Below are positions 38,915 to 50,021 of a stretch of DNA of 64,000 bases, one piece after another. Position 1 is the stretch's first letter. Every line of letters begins with the position of its first letter. Made by a program: the position numbers and the translations under genes. The DNA is from Vicugna vicugna (lineage: Eukaryota): positions 7,456,066-7,520,065 of the forward strand of contig MU058213.1 in NCBI GenBank assembly GCA_013265495.1, read 5' to 3'. The notes under the pieces were generated by a model, which had not been told where the DNA came from, ran no database searches, and saw only the letters and a list, made by a program, of their open reading frames with translations.

Positions 38915-39725
38915 CAGTCCCTTCCAGCTTGCCGGTATGAAAGTGAGACTCACCTATTTGTCCTTCTCTGCTTTCAGACTTCCAGTGGCAATTTGCCAGG
39001 TCTGGAGCACAGTACCCATTTGTAATACGCCGCACATTTTGGCCAACCATTTCACAGCTTCACCCTTGAGTTCCTTCAGAACTCTTGGGTGGATGCCATC
39101 AGTTCCAGTGATTTATTCACACCTAGAGTGTCATTCCAGGACATCCTGTCCACTCACCATGACTTGTTCTAACGCTTCAGATGCTTCTGTTCTCAAATAC
39201 AATTGGGGAGGGGGAATTTTCCTCTTCAATTTCTTTAGTCAGAGCTAATGCAAGGAATTTACCACGAGTCTCTCAACTTTTTTTTTTTTTTTTTTGCTTA
39301 TCTTTAAAGTAGAGACGACCAAGTGGGTCCAACTGATCTGACTGACTTTCATTATTCTGACTGCGGTTGGTTCCTATTGAAAGAATGTTTTCTAGGGGAA
39401 AGTGCGGGACAGGGATAAATTAGGAGTTTGGGATTAGCACATCCATATTACTATATATCAAAGAGATAAACAACAAGGACCTACTGTACAGCACAGGGAA
39501 CTACATTCAATTTCTTATCATAACATATAATGGAAAAGAATCTGAAAAGAAAAAAAAAATATATATATGTCTATGTATAACTGAATTGCTTTGCTGTACC
39601 CCTGAAACTAACATTGTAAGTCAACTACACTACAGTAAAAAATAAAATTTAAAAAAATGTTTTCCGATTGGCACAGAAACTCCCTGCAGAAAGCCAACCT
39701 CAAATTCTCTCCTGCAGCGCTATGC
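38915..39725 (-). mobile_element. CR1/L3 LINE ORF2 fossil, interrupted by an L1
   Basis: Minus-strand translation with frameshifts: RREFE...ANRKTFFQ...SVGP...KFLALALTKE...IPPPQLYLRTEASEALEQVMVSGQDVLE...VNKS/GTDGIHPRVLKELKGE...WQIA...VSLTFIP/GKL, collinear with CR1 ORF2 motifs KSPGPDGIHPRVLKEL and RPVSLTSVPGK. Confidence 0.8.
39393..39651 (+). mobile_element. L1 3' UTR fragment with TSD, inserted into the CR1
   Basis: gggataaattaggagtttggg...acagcacagggaactacattcaat; TSD aaagaatgttttc (39380-39392) / aaaaaatgttttc (39652-39664). Confidence 0.9.
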
Positions 39726-39764
39726 CCACTAACTTTATAAAATTCAGGCTGATAACTCAAATGG

Positions 39765-39985
39765 ATTAAAGAGCTTTCACATTCACCCATTAATTTAATC
39801 TTCATAAAAACTCTGAAACATTGATCAGATAGGCTAGACAAATTATCATTTTATGGACCAAAAAAAAAAAAAACCCAAAAAACCAAGATTCAGAGAGGCT
39901 GAGAGATGTCAGTGTCCCACAGTAAGTCAGTAGCTGAGCTGAAGTTGGAATAATTCTTCCGGTTCACAGTGCAGTGCTTTATTTT
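39765..39985 (-). mobile_element. MIR SINE
   Basis: gctttcacattc...atttaatcttcat...gattcagagaggct...cacagtaagtcagtagctgagctg. Confidence 0.6.
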
Positions 39986-42900
39986 TGGTTTCCTTCCTAC
40001 ACCTTGATTCTGTTGAACTGCATCCTAATCTAATCAAATGCTCAATGAACAGTCATTAGGACAACTGGAAAGAACTAACTGACGTCAGAACGGTTTCCAG
40101 TGGCCACATGTAGCTATGGCCTCATGTAACAAAAATGTGCTCTGCTAAGAAATATTCCCCAAGGAGAGCCCGAGGGAACACGCAGATAGCCCTGACCCAC
40201 AGAGGCCAGTCCAGACTGTATTTGAGGGTGAACATCATGGCACACGGAAATATATACACAGCGTTTGAAGGCTTGAACGTTCTTTCTGCTGGGTTTTATC
40301 TTGAGATTCACTGAATTCCATCGTAGGACCCTCTGCTGGAGTCCAGGCTGAGGCGAATGTCAGGGCCACTGCTAGCAATTAATACATCACCAAGCAGAGA
40401 GGCGGGGGGTGGGGAGGCGGACACAGCTTTGAGTCAGTAGCAACCACAATTCCCACAAGGGAATGTTGAGGAAGCTGAGTAGCTGGAAGGATCAAATACT
40501 AGTATTTCATTTTTAGGATCACATTTTGCGTGCAACCGCAGCTCCAGACCTGAAAGACTGGCCGTCTCAGATTTGCCCATAAACATAAAGAAATCTGTCT
40601 CTAATGTAATCTGACATCGTCCCTACTCTGCGATTAACTGCTTCTGGGTTGGCCTCAAAAACGTGCGTGCCGAACAGTGTCCTGCAGATCCCAGGGGCGG
40701 CAAGCTTCATTCTTCATTCTTCTTTCTACCTTGTCTTTTCCCAAATACTATCTTGCCAGTTAAGCCAATCTGGCTGAACGGTGAGGAACAGTTCATCATC
40801 TGTGCTCCAACCATAATGGAAACATACTATCATTTGATATCTTATTTCCCCCATCCAGGAGACAGCAAATAATTCGTCATTTTTGTTTTAATTCCTTTGG
40901 TACAAAGATCAGCCTGATAGTATTTGGGACTTGCTAGTCACTCTGTAGCTCAGCATTTAACATTTTTTAATGTGCCAATTTGGACTATGTTTTTAACAGT
41001 TTTAATTTAAAGCACCAAAAACTGTGTTAAAAAAATGGTTTCAGTTTGCTTCATGATGAGTTTGAGTTGTTTTTTTTTTTTTAAATTTTTGTTTGTTTCA
41101 AACTTTCCTTTGGAAAAATAAAAGGTCTTCTAACAAATGTCAATCGATCGCTGATGCTAAAAAAAAATTCAGAGTTTGTTGGAGTAGGGGGGCCTTGGAG
41201 GGGCTGAAAGCGGGCTAAACACTTTCCCGGCACCCAGTTGATCAGTCTCCTACATTCGGAGTGTTTGCTAATGAAGGAGCACTGATCTGGGACTGAAAAA
41301 GGATTCCCTAGGTCTGTTAATTTACTTGGAATAATTCATTATCTGACACTTTGAGCTGTGAATTTAGCTGGTAAATCCCAGGTCACCCCAACGTCACGTG
41401 CAAAGAGGGTAGTGCTGTTTTTGTGTAAGGAGTTCCCGAGGATGGATTAAAGCCCCCGTCCCGTTGTTACCCTTACTGGAAGGAGCTTGTTAATAAAGAG
41501 CTCTTCAGAGCCTTTCCTTTGTACAGCCACTAGATGAATATTTATAGAGTATTCCATTGGTAAACAGCATTAAAATATCAACAGAGCATACCAAGAAATA
41601 GGAAGGCCGTTTTTCCCTAATACATAGCAGGGCTGTGACACACTGGGGTTCCATTCCTGGAATGGCTACAGAACAGCACAGAAGGAAAAATCATTTGCTT
41701 AACAAACCAGGGGGCAGCAAATCGCGTGGTCTGCTGGAACTCTGGCACGCTTGTGAATCGAGTCTTCTGAGTAAGTGAATGATACACGTGTATCTGCACA
41801 CACAAACACACATGCAGATACACACAAGCGCCTGATACTTGTAACCACTGAAGCTGGCCACTGGACATTGCTGCTTTTGGAGATACGAAGTGGTCATATA
41901 TCAGAATTTTCATATGGTTCAACCTAAGGAATGCTACCCCAAGTTTCTGGCTCTCCCCCTTTCGGGCACAGGGAGGGGTGGGCATATGGAATTCTGTTTT
42001 ATGCATGGGCTCCAGCTAGCAAGCTGAGCAGGAAAGGGGGGAGAGGGGGAGGAGCTGAATGGAAACCTTCACAGAGACCAATTTCTGCAGATTCCCTGGG
42101 CAGTGGGATGGAGGACGTGGGGGTGGCCATCAGCCTGGGCACCAAAGCACCTTCCCCATCGCCAGCTGTGGCTGCGTGCTCTCGATTGCAAACCTCTGGT
42201 ACCCGTCCTAGGTGTGTTCCCAATTTTCAAAGGGATTAGCATACAATAAAATACGCTCAACAAGAAAACCACCCAGAATGTAATGAATCATCCTTTGATG
42301 ATTCAAAAGGCACTCTGGGATCCTGCAGCGCCCGAGGTCAGCATTACAAACATCAATTATTTTATGGTAAATGTTTGGAAGAGCCAGTTCACTAGAGGTG
42401 CTAGTTAAGAAAGTGCTGGGCAAAACTCTCTCACAATATTTAAAAAAAAAAAAGTTCCAGCCCAGGCCTTCTCTGCTTTCAAGCTCTTGCCTAGACGACT
42501 CCTATTCTCTGCAAAAATGGTTCGTTTATCAGCTTGGAGAAATACCTATTCTACAGATCAAGGAGGTAAAACTGAAATTCCCTCATTTTCCTACGAACTA
42601 CAATTTGGATAGATGTCTCCCCTTTTTCCTTAACCACCTCCATATGCCTCTAATTACATTCAGATCACTATACGAGAAATCTGGTTTGACCAAGGTGACA
42701 AAATTATTTTGGAAAAAAATTGGAGTCAGGGGGCACACTTGTGCTTCGTTTAGTTTCCAGTTTTCCTAAAACCCCGGAGGACATGACTCTACTGCAGTCA
42801 AGACAATCACAAGTTGAGTTTCTCCCTCTTTGAAAACCACAGCGGTTGGTAATGAAGAAAAAACATCTAGTCCTTGGAAGTCAAGTTCTTGGGCACTTTT

Positions 42901-43451
42901 TGAAAACAAATTAATCCAAAACATCTGCGAGGATTTTATCTGTAAAAACCCAGGTGTCTAAAACCTAAGGAGACAAAAATACATAAATGAGGCTTTGTCA
43001 AGCAAGTTTTTGAAAAACAGGTTTCTAGCAGAAACGAAGCGTCCGAAGTAAAACGCAGTTGGCTTGATGAATCTCTATTTTCCATGGATTCCTCCTGCTG
43101 GCCTTCAACAAAGAATGGAATTCCTAGGTGAGTCTCGTCAGATTTTCCAAAGGGCTGAACTGACCTGAGGGGATTCCAGGCAAATGAAAGTCTCCAGGAG
43201 GCTCTCTGACCTGGATTTATTGAAACATTCTGGTTCTTCTTAATTTAAATGTTAATGGTGTAAACCCAAAGCAGTCAGACCTTGAGGTTATGGTATCAGG
43301 CTTGAATAACTAAAGACAGAGGTGTTGACTGTCTATCAAATGACAAGCTTAGGTGTTACCTAATCTGTGCAGAAAGAATTCAGGGAAAGAGGACACATTA
43401 CTGCACCTGTGGCTGGTTGTATGTCTTTGAAAAATGTGCGAAACTCAAATG

Positions 43452-43479
<28 letters not shown>
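43452..43479. repeat. (CA)n microsatellite
   Basis: direct reading. Confidence 0.95.
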
Positions 43480-43482
<3 letters not shown>

Positions 43483-45104
43483 CATAAAGAAATGTCTCCA
43501 GGTTGCTGGCACACATATTTACTCCCATGATTGTGAGCAGGGGAGCCTGCTCACACTCTTAATGAATGTCCTTTTGCTGGAAGCGACTGTGGCTTTGTAG
43601 CTATGTTTTCTGTAGCATCTACAAATTCAATACCATCTAACTGCCACCCTAAAACTGTGTCTCCAAGAGAGACGCTACCGGTATTTTGTAAACTGCCGCT
43701 GCTTCTGCTCTCTCCCTCTTAGACATGGTCTAATGGGTTTGGAAAATGACATTCAAGATGCTGCTTTGCCAATTAGAACTTCCGCTACCTGATTCTTGAA
43801 GGACTTCTGCATGCCTAAGTGTGTGCTCGGCCGTTTTATTAAGTTGTTTTGAGTGCTGAAAGTCTCTTAACCTTCGTACAGACTCATATTCATAAAAAAA
43901 AAATGTTCTTAAGAAAAAAAAAAAACAACTGGAGGAAAAAAGGACATTTAATTCCAAATGGAAGTTCGATTCATTTCCAAAATGCACAGAATTTTACTAG
44001 CCTACCAAAGCAAAAGCAGGCTTACAGATGTTGAAAACTGAGTTAAGAGACTTGCACAGATAATTTTGCCAAAACTTTCTCGACAACGTGGTAAATGCTG
44101 TTCTGGGCAGCTAAGGGGGAAAGACAGCACTGTCCTGCCAGGGGCCGTACTGACTCCCAAACCATTTTTTTCGACAGTGAGAGCTGAACAAATTTGATTG
44201 AGATGTTTCCCCTGCCCGGGGTTAATTGGTCCTCGGGCAAATTTAAGTCCAGGGTCTCCTACCAGGGAAATTGTTTCAGGCAAGGAAGTGACTCCCTCAG
44301 CATCAAACTCCTCCTGAGCTTTCTTTTAGAAAGTCTCCTTTTCAAAGTTTAGGAGGTTACACAGTATGTTAAACTCTTAACAAGTTCTAAGGCAGAGGAG
44401 AGACAAGATAGGCTGCTGTCAGCCTTCCCAGAGAGTCCATCGTGAACCAACCCCACCTGGCACCATCATACAGGTCCCCGCGTGGGGCACACGCAGCCTG
44501 ATCACAACCCTGCCTCAGGAAGCACGTGGGGGGACATATGCCAGATGGCAGCTCCCCAGTTCTCCTGCTCCGTTTCAGAGATGCTTCCCAGAACCCGTGC
44601 TGCTGTGCCCATTCAGGAACGCGGGGCACTCCCGCCGGACCTGCCCCTCCAATTCTAGATCATCCACGTGTGATCCCCACCGCTGGGGGCATTTCTGTTC
44701 TGCTCCCTGCCTTCTCGCTGTAGTGCCAATCACTGCTCTCCCCCAGCCGGGCCCTCCCCGAAGGCTCTCCGAGGCTGCTCCCTTAGTGATTGGCATCTCA
44801 TTAATGAAGAAGGGCTGGTGTCTCTCTCATTACAGTTACAGTACCTCAGAACTAATTTACTTGCTCTCACTAGGGAAGACACTTCCCTCCATCCACACTT
44901 TCCTGCTGCCTGTGGCAATAAAAGAACCCGTTTTGTTTTAACATTAATAAGGTGAGAGAATAGAGAATTTCCAAAAGAAATTAAGGAAGGCAAGAGGGTA
45001 GGTGTTGGCCCGTGGACGTTTCCCTATGCTGGAGTTCAGTGAGAGACCCCTGATTCAGCCACGGTACGGACCACTCCGGAGAGGCTGGCAGGCAAAAGAG
45101 AAAC

Positions 45105-45290
45105 CAGCCACTCAGGGAGTCTGGGGTGCAAAGCAGGAGACGTGGCTTCCAGTCCTGGGTCCTGTGTCCCTGAGTGACCTTGCACCAGTCTTGGATTTTT
45201 CTCTAGTCCTCAGTTTTATTATCAGTAAAGCAAGGGAAGTGAATAAAGAGATCTTGTAGGGTTCTCCCAGCATGAAGATTTTATAAATGG
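45105..45290 (+). mobile_element. MIR SINE
   Basis: caggagacgtggcttccagtcctgg...gagtgaccttg...cctcagtttt. Confidence 0.6.
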
Positions 45291-46003
45291 GAGACTCTGG
45301 ACGATTTAAAACTTTTTTTTTCCCTGTTTGGAGTGAGTTTTTATCTCTGGCAACAAATTAGAAATTCCTCCAGAATTAAAGAGCATGGAATGGAAATCAT
45401 TTGGCTTCTCCAGCTGAAAAGGTCAACTAGATTCAGAAATGTACTCCACGCCTGCACCGTCTGTGTGGAAACCTAATTAGAGATCATACTTCATTGGGCT
45501 GAAAGGGATCAAACTTATCCAAGCTTTCATCTGGATCTCTATTTTCAAAAAAATTACTCTGAGTTACTAATTCATTTATCTTTCGACTTACAGGAAATTC
45601 CACTCATTGATAAAGCTCCGCTTTGACACTCCTGCTCACATAAAATACCTTCCTTTCCATCCCCTTTACTTTATGATCGTGCCCCTTTATCATGTTGTGC
45701 TTAAAGTGCCTTGTCATCTAAGAAACCGTAAAAAGGACATCTTAAAGAATGTGTTCATCAGGGAGCTAGAGATGACTTCTGTGCCTGGAACCAGAGCATG
45801 CCCGCTCGGTGGCTTGTCTCCCGGAAATGAGGGCAGCCTAGAGACTGTTAGCACAAGAAAGCAACCCAGGTTGCCTGGATTCCATCGGAATGGGAATGTT
45901 GGTGTTAAACTGTAACATGGGTGACAAAGCAGTGGACATCAGAAATGCTCACGTTAAGGAGAGAGATGGCTTTATATTGGGAAGACCCCAGCATCCACAG
46001 CAC

Positions 46004-46560
46004 TTTTTTTTTTAAATTGAAGTATAGTCAATTTACAATGTTGTGTTACTTTCTGATATATAGCATAGTAATTCAGTTATACATATAGATGTATATTCCT
46101 TTTCATATTCTTTTTCACTATAGGCTATCACAAGCTATTGACTATAGTTCCCTGTGCTATATAGTAGGACCTTGTTGTTTATCTATTTTATATATAGTAG
46201 TCAGGATCTGCAAATCCTAAAATCCCAATTTATCCCTCCACCCCTCCCACCCTTCCCCTTGGTAACCATAAATTTGTTTCCTGTGCCTGTGAGTCTGTTT
46301 CTATTTTGTCAATAAGTTCATTTGTGTCATTTTTTTTAGATTCCACATATAAGTGGTATCGTATGGTATTTTTCTTTCTCTGTCTGGCTTACCTCACTTA
46401 GTATGGGAATCTCTACGTCCATCCATGTTGCTGCAAATGGCATGTTCATCCTTTTTATGGTTGAGTAGTATTCCATTGTGTCTGTGTCACAACTTCTTAA
46501 TCTAATCATCTGTTGAGGGCCATTTAGGTTCCTTCAGTGTCCTGGCTATTGTAAATAGTG
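46004..46560 (-). mobile_element. L1 3' fragment (ORF2 C-terminus plus 3' UTR)
   Basis: Minus-strand peptide ALFTIART..EPKWPSTDD...MEYYSTIK...PFAATWMDVEIPILSEVSQTEKEKYH..PLICGI; short TSD cacagca (45996-46002 / 46561-46567). Confidence 0.93.
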
Positions 46561-48343
46561 CACAGCAAATTCTGATTCCTCCCTCTCTTGCTGATACAGG
46601 CTATTTGTGAAATGGGAGACTCAGCTTAATGGATTGGTTTCTTATCTTTTTGTCTATGAAGGGGAGGAGTACTTCCTGCTCCCGAGATCCCCCACCAAAG
46701 CAAATGAAAGTAAGTTCCACGGGGACCCACCAAGGTCAGCCTGGGAGTGAGTCCTTGAGATCAACTTAGAATCACAGTCTTACTGTCCTTCTCCAAACTC
46801 TCATTCCTACTTCTACAGATTCCTAAGTATCGCCCTAGGCGATACTGACAACCTTTTCTCCTGCTTTCAGTTTTTGAATGAAATTAGAACTAATCCTCTC
46901 TGGCTTGGCTAGGTCTTGTGTAGGAGTCCCACACCCCACAATCAAGGCCTTGCAATGCAGTGGCAGAAGAGACAGCCAAGCCACCACGCCTCCATCACCA
47001 CATGGACGAGAATCCTAGTTTTTGCCTCCTAGGTGGCGGCTCTGAAAACCTGAGTTACCGAACCTCCCTTACACCAGTCCTTACATTCTCCTTCTCAGCC
47101 AGGACATCAGCAACTCCTTTTAAACATAAGAGAAGGATGAACAAGACATGTGTGTAGCTGAGAGTAAAATTTAAAATCTTCAGATTTCCACCCCGAATTT
47201 CACCAGGTCAGTGTGGCCCAGATTCCTTTTCACTAGTACCATGGCGGTGTAAACCCTCTACTGCTGGAATTTGACTCAGTTCGCTAGTAAGAAGAATAAG
47301 AAAAAAGAGAATCAAAGGCAAAAAGGCAAGAGACAGGGGACCAATTTTCAGGTCATCCTTTCCTTCTTGCAAGAAGGGATTTGCCTACAGTGTCTGTAAT
47401 TTAGATGGTTTTAATGAATGGTTTCTAAATTATTTATTACTCACAGAAAGCCATAAACATCCCTGCCTACACCATTATGAAATTATCTGGGCAGGAGTCA
47501 AATGGTTCAAACATTTGGCACTTTTTACTGGACTCTTGTTGAAAATAGTTCTGATCTGTGAATAGAACTTCTCTCCTTCCTCGTTCCCCGGGATTGTGGG
47601 CGAGCATGTGAGTCTGTATTTGATTAGTGACGCGAGACTGTCAAAGGCATCTTAGCTCTGTAACTGGCTCGCTGGCAGGCTTCTGGCTTCATAAGCAATT
47701 CCAAAATTAGTAAAAAAAAATAAAATAAAATGAAATAATTTAAAAAGCCATCAGCAGCATATACAAACTGGATATTCAAGCAGAAGTGTTTGAAATGCCT
47801 CAGCCTCATTTCAAAGAGCTTCCTGCTGTCAAGCGCAAACACCCAGACAGCTAGACCGCTGTGAAATATGTAGGCGATGCCTGCTGCCTGATTTTCAGAT
47901 GGCGAGCAGGCATTTGAAAGCATCAAAGTTCCCTGTATAGATGTGTGTACATTAATCCCGGCTTCTGTGATCGCCCCACTTGCCCATTGTCACTTGCTGT
48001 TTAATGGATTGCCAAACTTTGCCCTTCACAGGCTGCATATTTTTTTTTTTCCCAAGGATCTGCTCCTCTCCCAGGGGCTTCGTGCTGGGGCCGAGTTTGA
48101 AAAGTTTTCATTCCCGGGCTTGTGTTATGGCACTGGGTCACCCTTTGATTCCTGCACTTTTGAACACCTCACTTGTTGCCTGGCTTTTCCTCACGCCTGG
48201 TGCCGATGTCTGCAATGTGGCTGAAGTCAGAGCCCTCCAGCCACGAAGCCTCCGCCATGAGCCAGCCCTGACGCAAATCATTAACCAGCACTGCCCTTGC
48301 CCTGGAAGAGCCTGTAATGTGGTGGGAGAGGGAAGAGAGACAT

Positions 48344-48657
48344 CAAAGGCCAGAAACTGGCAGCCCACGGGCCGCGCGTGGCCCACAGAGCTGCTTTCCC
48401 TGTGCTGTGTTTTAAATTCGGATTAGCAGCCAATGTGGAAAAGTCGGGAAATCTGAGATAGCTAGCTATACTTCCGGCTTCTCCTGGAAAAGTGGAAGAT
48501 GCGATTCCATAGGGCTTTCTCCCTTCGTGTGGCCTGTTCTAGATGCTCTTTCTCAACTCAGGTGAGTGACAGGTGACATCAAACACCTTAGACGCGGCTC
48601 TCTGGCTACCTTTATGTTATGTGCTGGGCCGCTGGCCTTTAGAGTTTGTGACCCACG
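48344..48657 (-). mobile_element. MER102-like hAT-Charlie MITE
   Basis: aaactggcagcccacgggccgcgcgtggcccacag...ggcttctcctggaaaagtggaagat...gagtttgtgaccc. Confidence 0.75.
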
Positions 48658-48679
48658 ATAAGGACACACACAAGGGCAA

Positions 48680-48905
48680 ATAATAATGACTGGTGTATCT
48701 GGGGGACACCGGCAGGTGCTTTAGAGATGACATCTCATTCGATTGTGCCAGCACATCAGTAAGGCTAGGATTCTAACACCCACTTTACAGAAGAGAAAAG
48801 TGAGGCTCTCTGCTCTCAAGTCCCTTGCACCACTATTCCATACAGCTGATGAGTGAAGGCCGGGTGTTGAAACTGGAGCTGTTAGCTTTGAAGCATCCTC
48901 CTTTC
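48680..48905 (-). mobile_element. MIR SINE
   Basis: cccactttacagaagagaaaagtgaggctc...cagctgatgagtg. Confidence 0.65.
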
Positions 48906-49009
48906 TAATTAGCAGTGCGAGAAAGTCCCCGGGAAGGGTGGGGGTGCCCCGAGAGCTGCTGGACTGGCCCCCCACTCCCCCTCTCACTCAGTTTAGCCAC
49001 ACTGAGCCC

Positions 49010-49375
49010 TCACTCTACCCCACAGGGTCTGTACCATGTGATCACTTCTTACCTTTGTATATTCTTTTCTCTCTGCCTCGAACCTCTTTTCCCTCTGCTC
49101 TCTTTACCTTTCCGCCTATCACAAATGCCTCTCCGCCCTGCCAAGCCCAGTTTAACTGTCAGCTCCTTGGTGAAAGTTTTCATGAACCCCTGACTCAGTT
49201 GTTCCAACCTGAGAGTTCTTGCAGCCTCCATTCTTACTTAAATGTCCCATGGTAGAAGGTCAAAGTCTTCTCTCCTGTGACTGTCAGTTCCTTAAGGACA
49301 GGACTGTGTCTCATTCATCACTGTCTGCCTCACGCCTGGCACAGGTGCCTGACACCCGGTAAGTATTCAACTCAG
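49010..49375 (+). mobile_element. L2 3' region
   Basis: ctgtcagttccttaaggacaggactgtgtctcattcatc...gcctggcacaggtgcctgacac...gtattcaa. Confidence 0.7.
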
Positions 49376-49895
49376 GGGGCCAATGGAGGAGAGGGATCTG
49401 AGCCACACACCTGGCAAGGTCTCCCTAGGGCAGGGAGGTTAAATTGGAAGGCTCAACAGCACCTTCTGTGCATGGTTTCGTTTTCTCCTGCCCCATCACT
49501 GCATCCTCACTTATCCTCCACCCTCAACACTTAACAAGATGACCACTCACGCCCCTGTTGCCAGATGGCTGAACATACACACTCCTCTGAACACCCAGAT
49601 AAGTTTATCAAGTGGCTTCAAAATGCAAACACATTAGAAACATGCTGGGTGCTGCCTGGGTAATAAGGGACGGGCAGACGCGCACCGCAGGACCATGACA
49701 CGGCTGTAAACGCAATCAAGAAATGACCGATCCTACCAAGAGCCTGTGAAAACACCTGGTGGGGTGGCAGGTGCACCCAGGTGTGGGGCAAGGGCTGGCT
49801 GAGCATCTCTGTCTCACGTGGGAGACGCTGACTGCATACCGATTTCACTCCAAATCATTGACCTCAACTGACCTTCCCAATTTTATTCTCTGCTA

Positions 49896-50021
49896 TTTTT
49901 TTATGAGGCAGAGGTAATTAGGTTTATTTATTTTATTTATATTTGGAGGAGGTAGTTGGGATTGAACCCAGGACCTCATGCGTGCCAAGCACGTGCTCTA
50001 CCACTGAGCTGTACCCTCCCC
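49896..50021 (-). mobile_element. tRNA-derived SINE (camelid Vic-1-like)
   Basis: Reverse complement ggggagggtacagctcagtggtagagcacgtgcttggcacgcatgaggtcctgggttcaatccc has Pol III A and B boxes, then aaataaataaacctaattacctc and an A tail. Confidence 0.85.

Noticed and set aside
41703..41720. CTCF-like site CCAGGGGGCAGCA
   Set aside because: The conserved 5' CC positions are replaced by AA; cannot be supported without a PWM scan or ChIP data
49950..50021. tRNA gene
   Set aside because: It is a tRNA-like head followed by an AT-rich tail and A-run, i.e. a SINE rather than a tRNA
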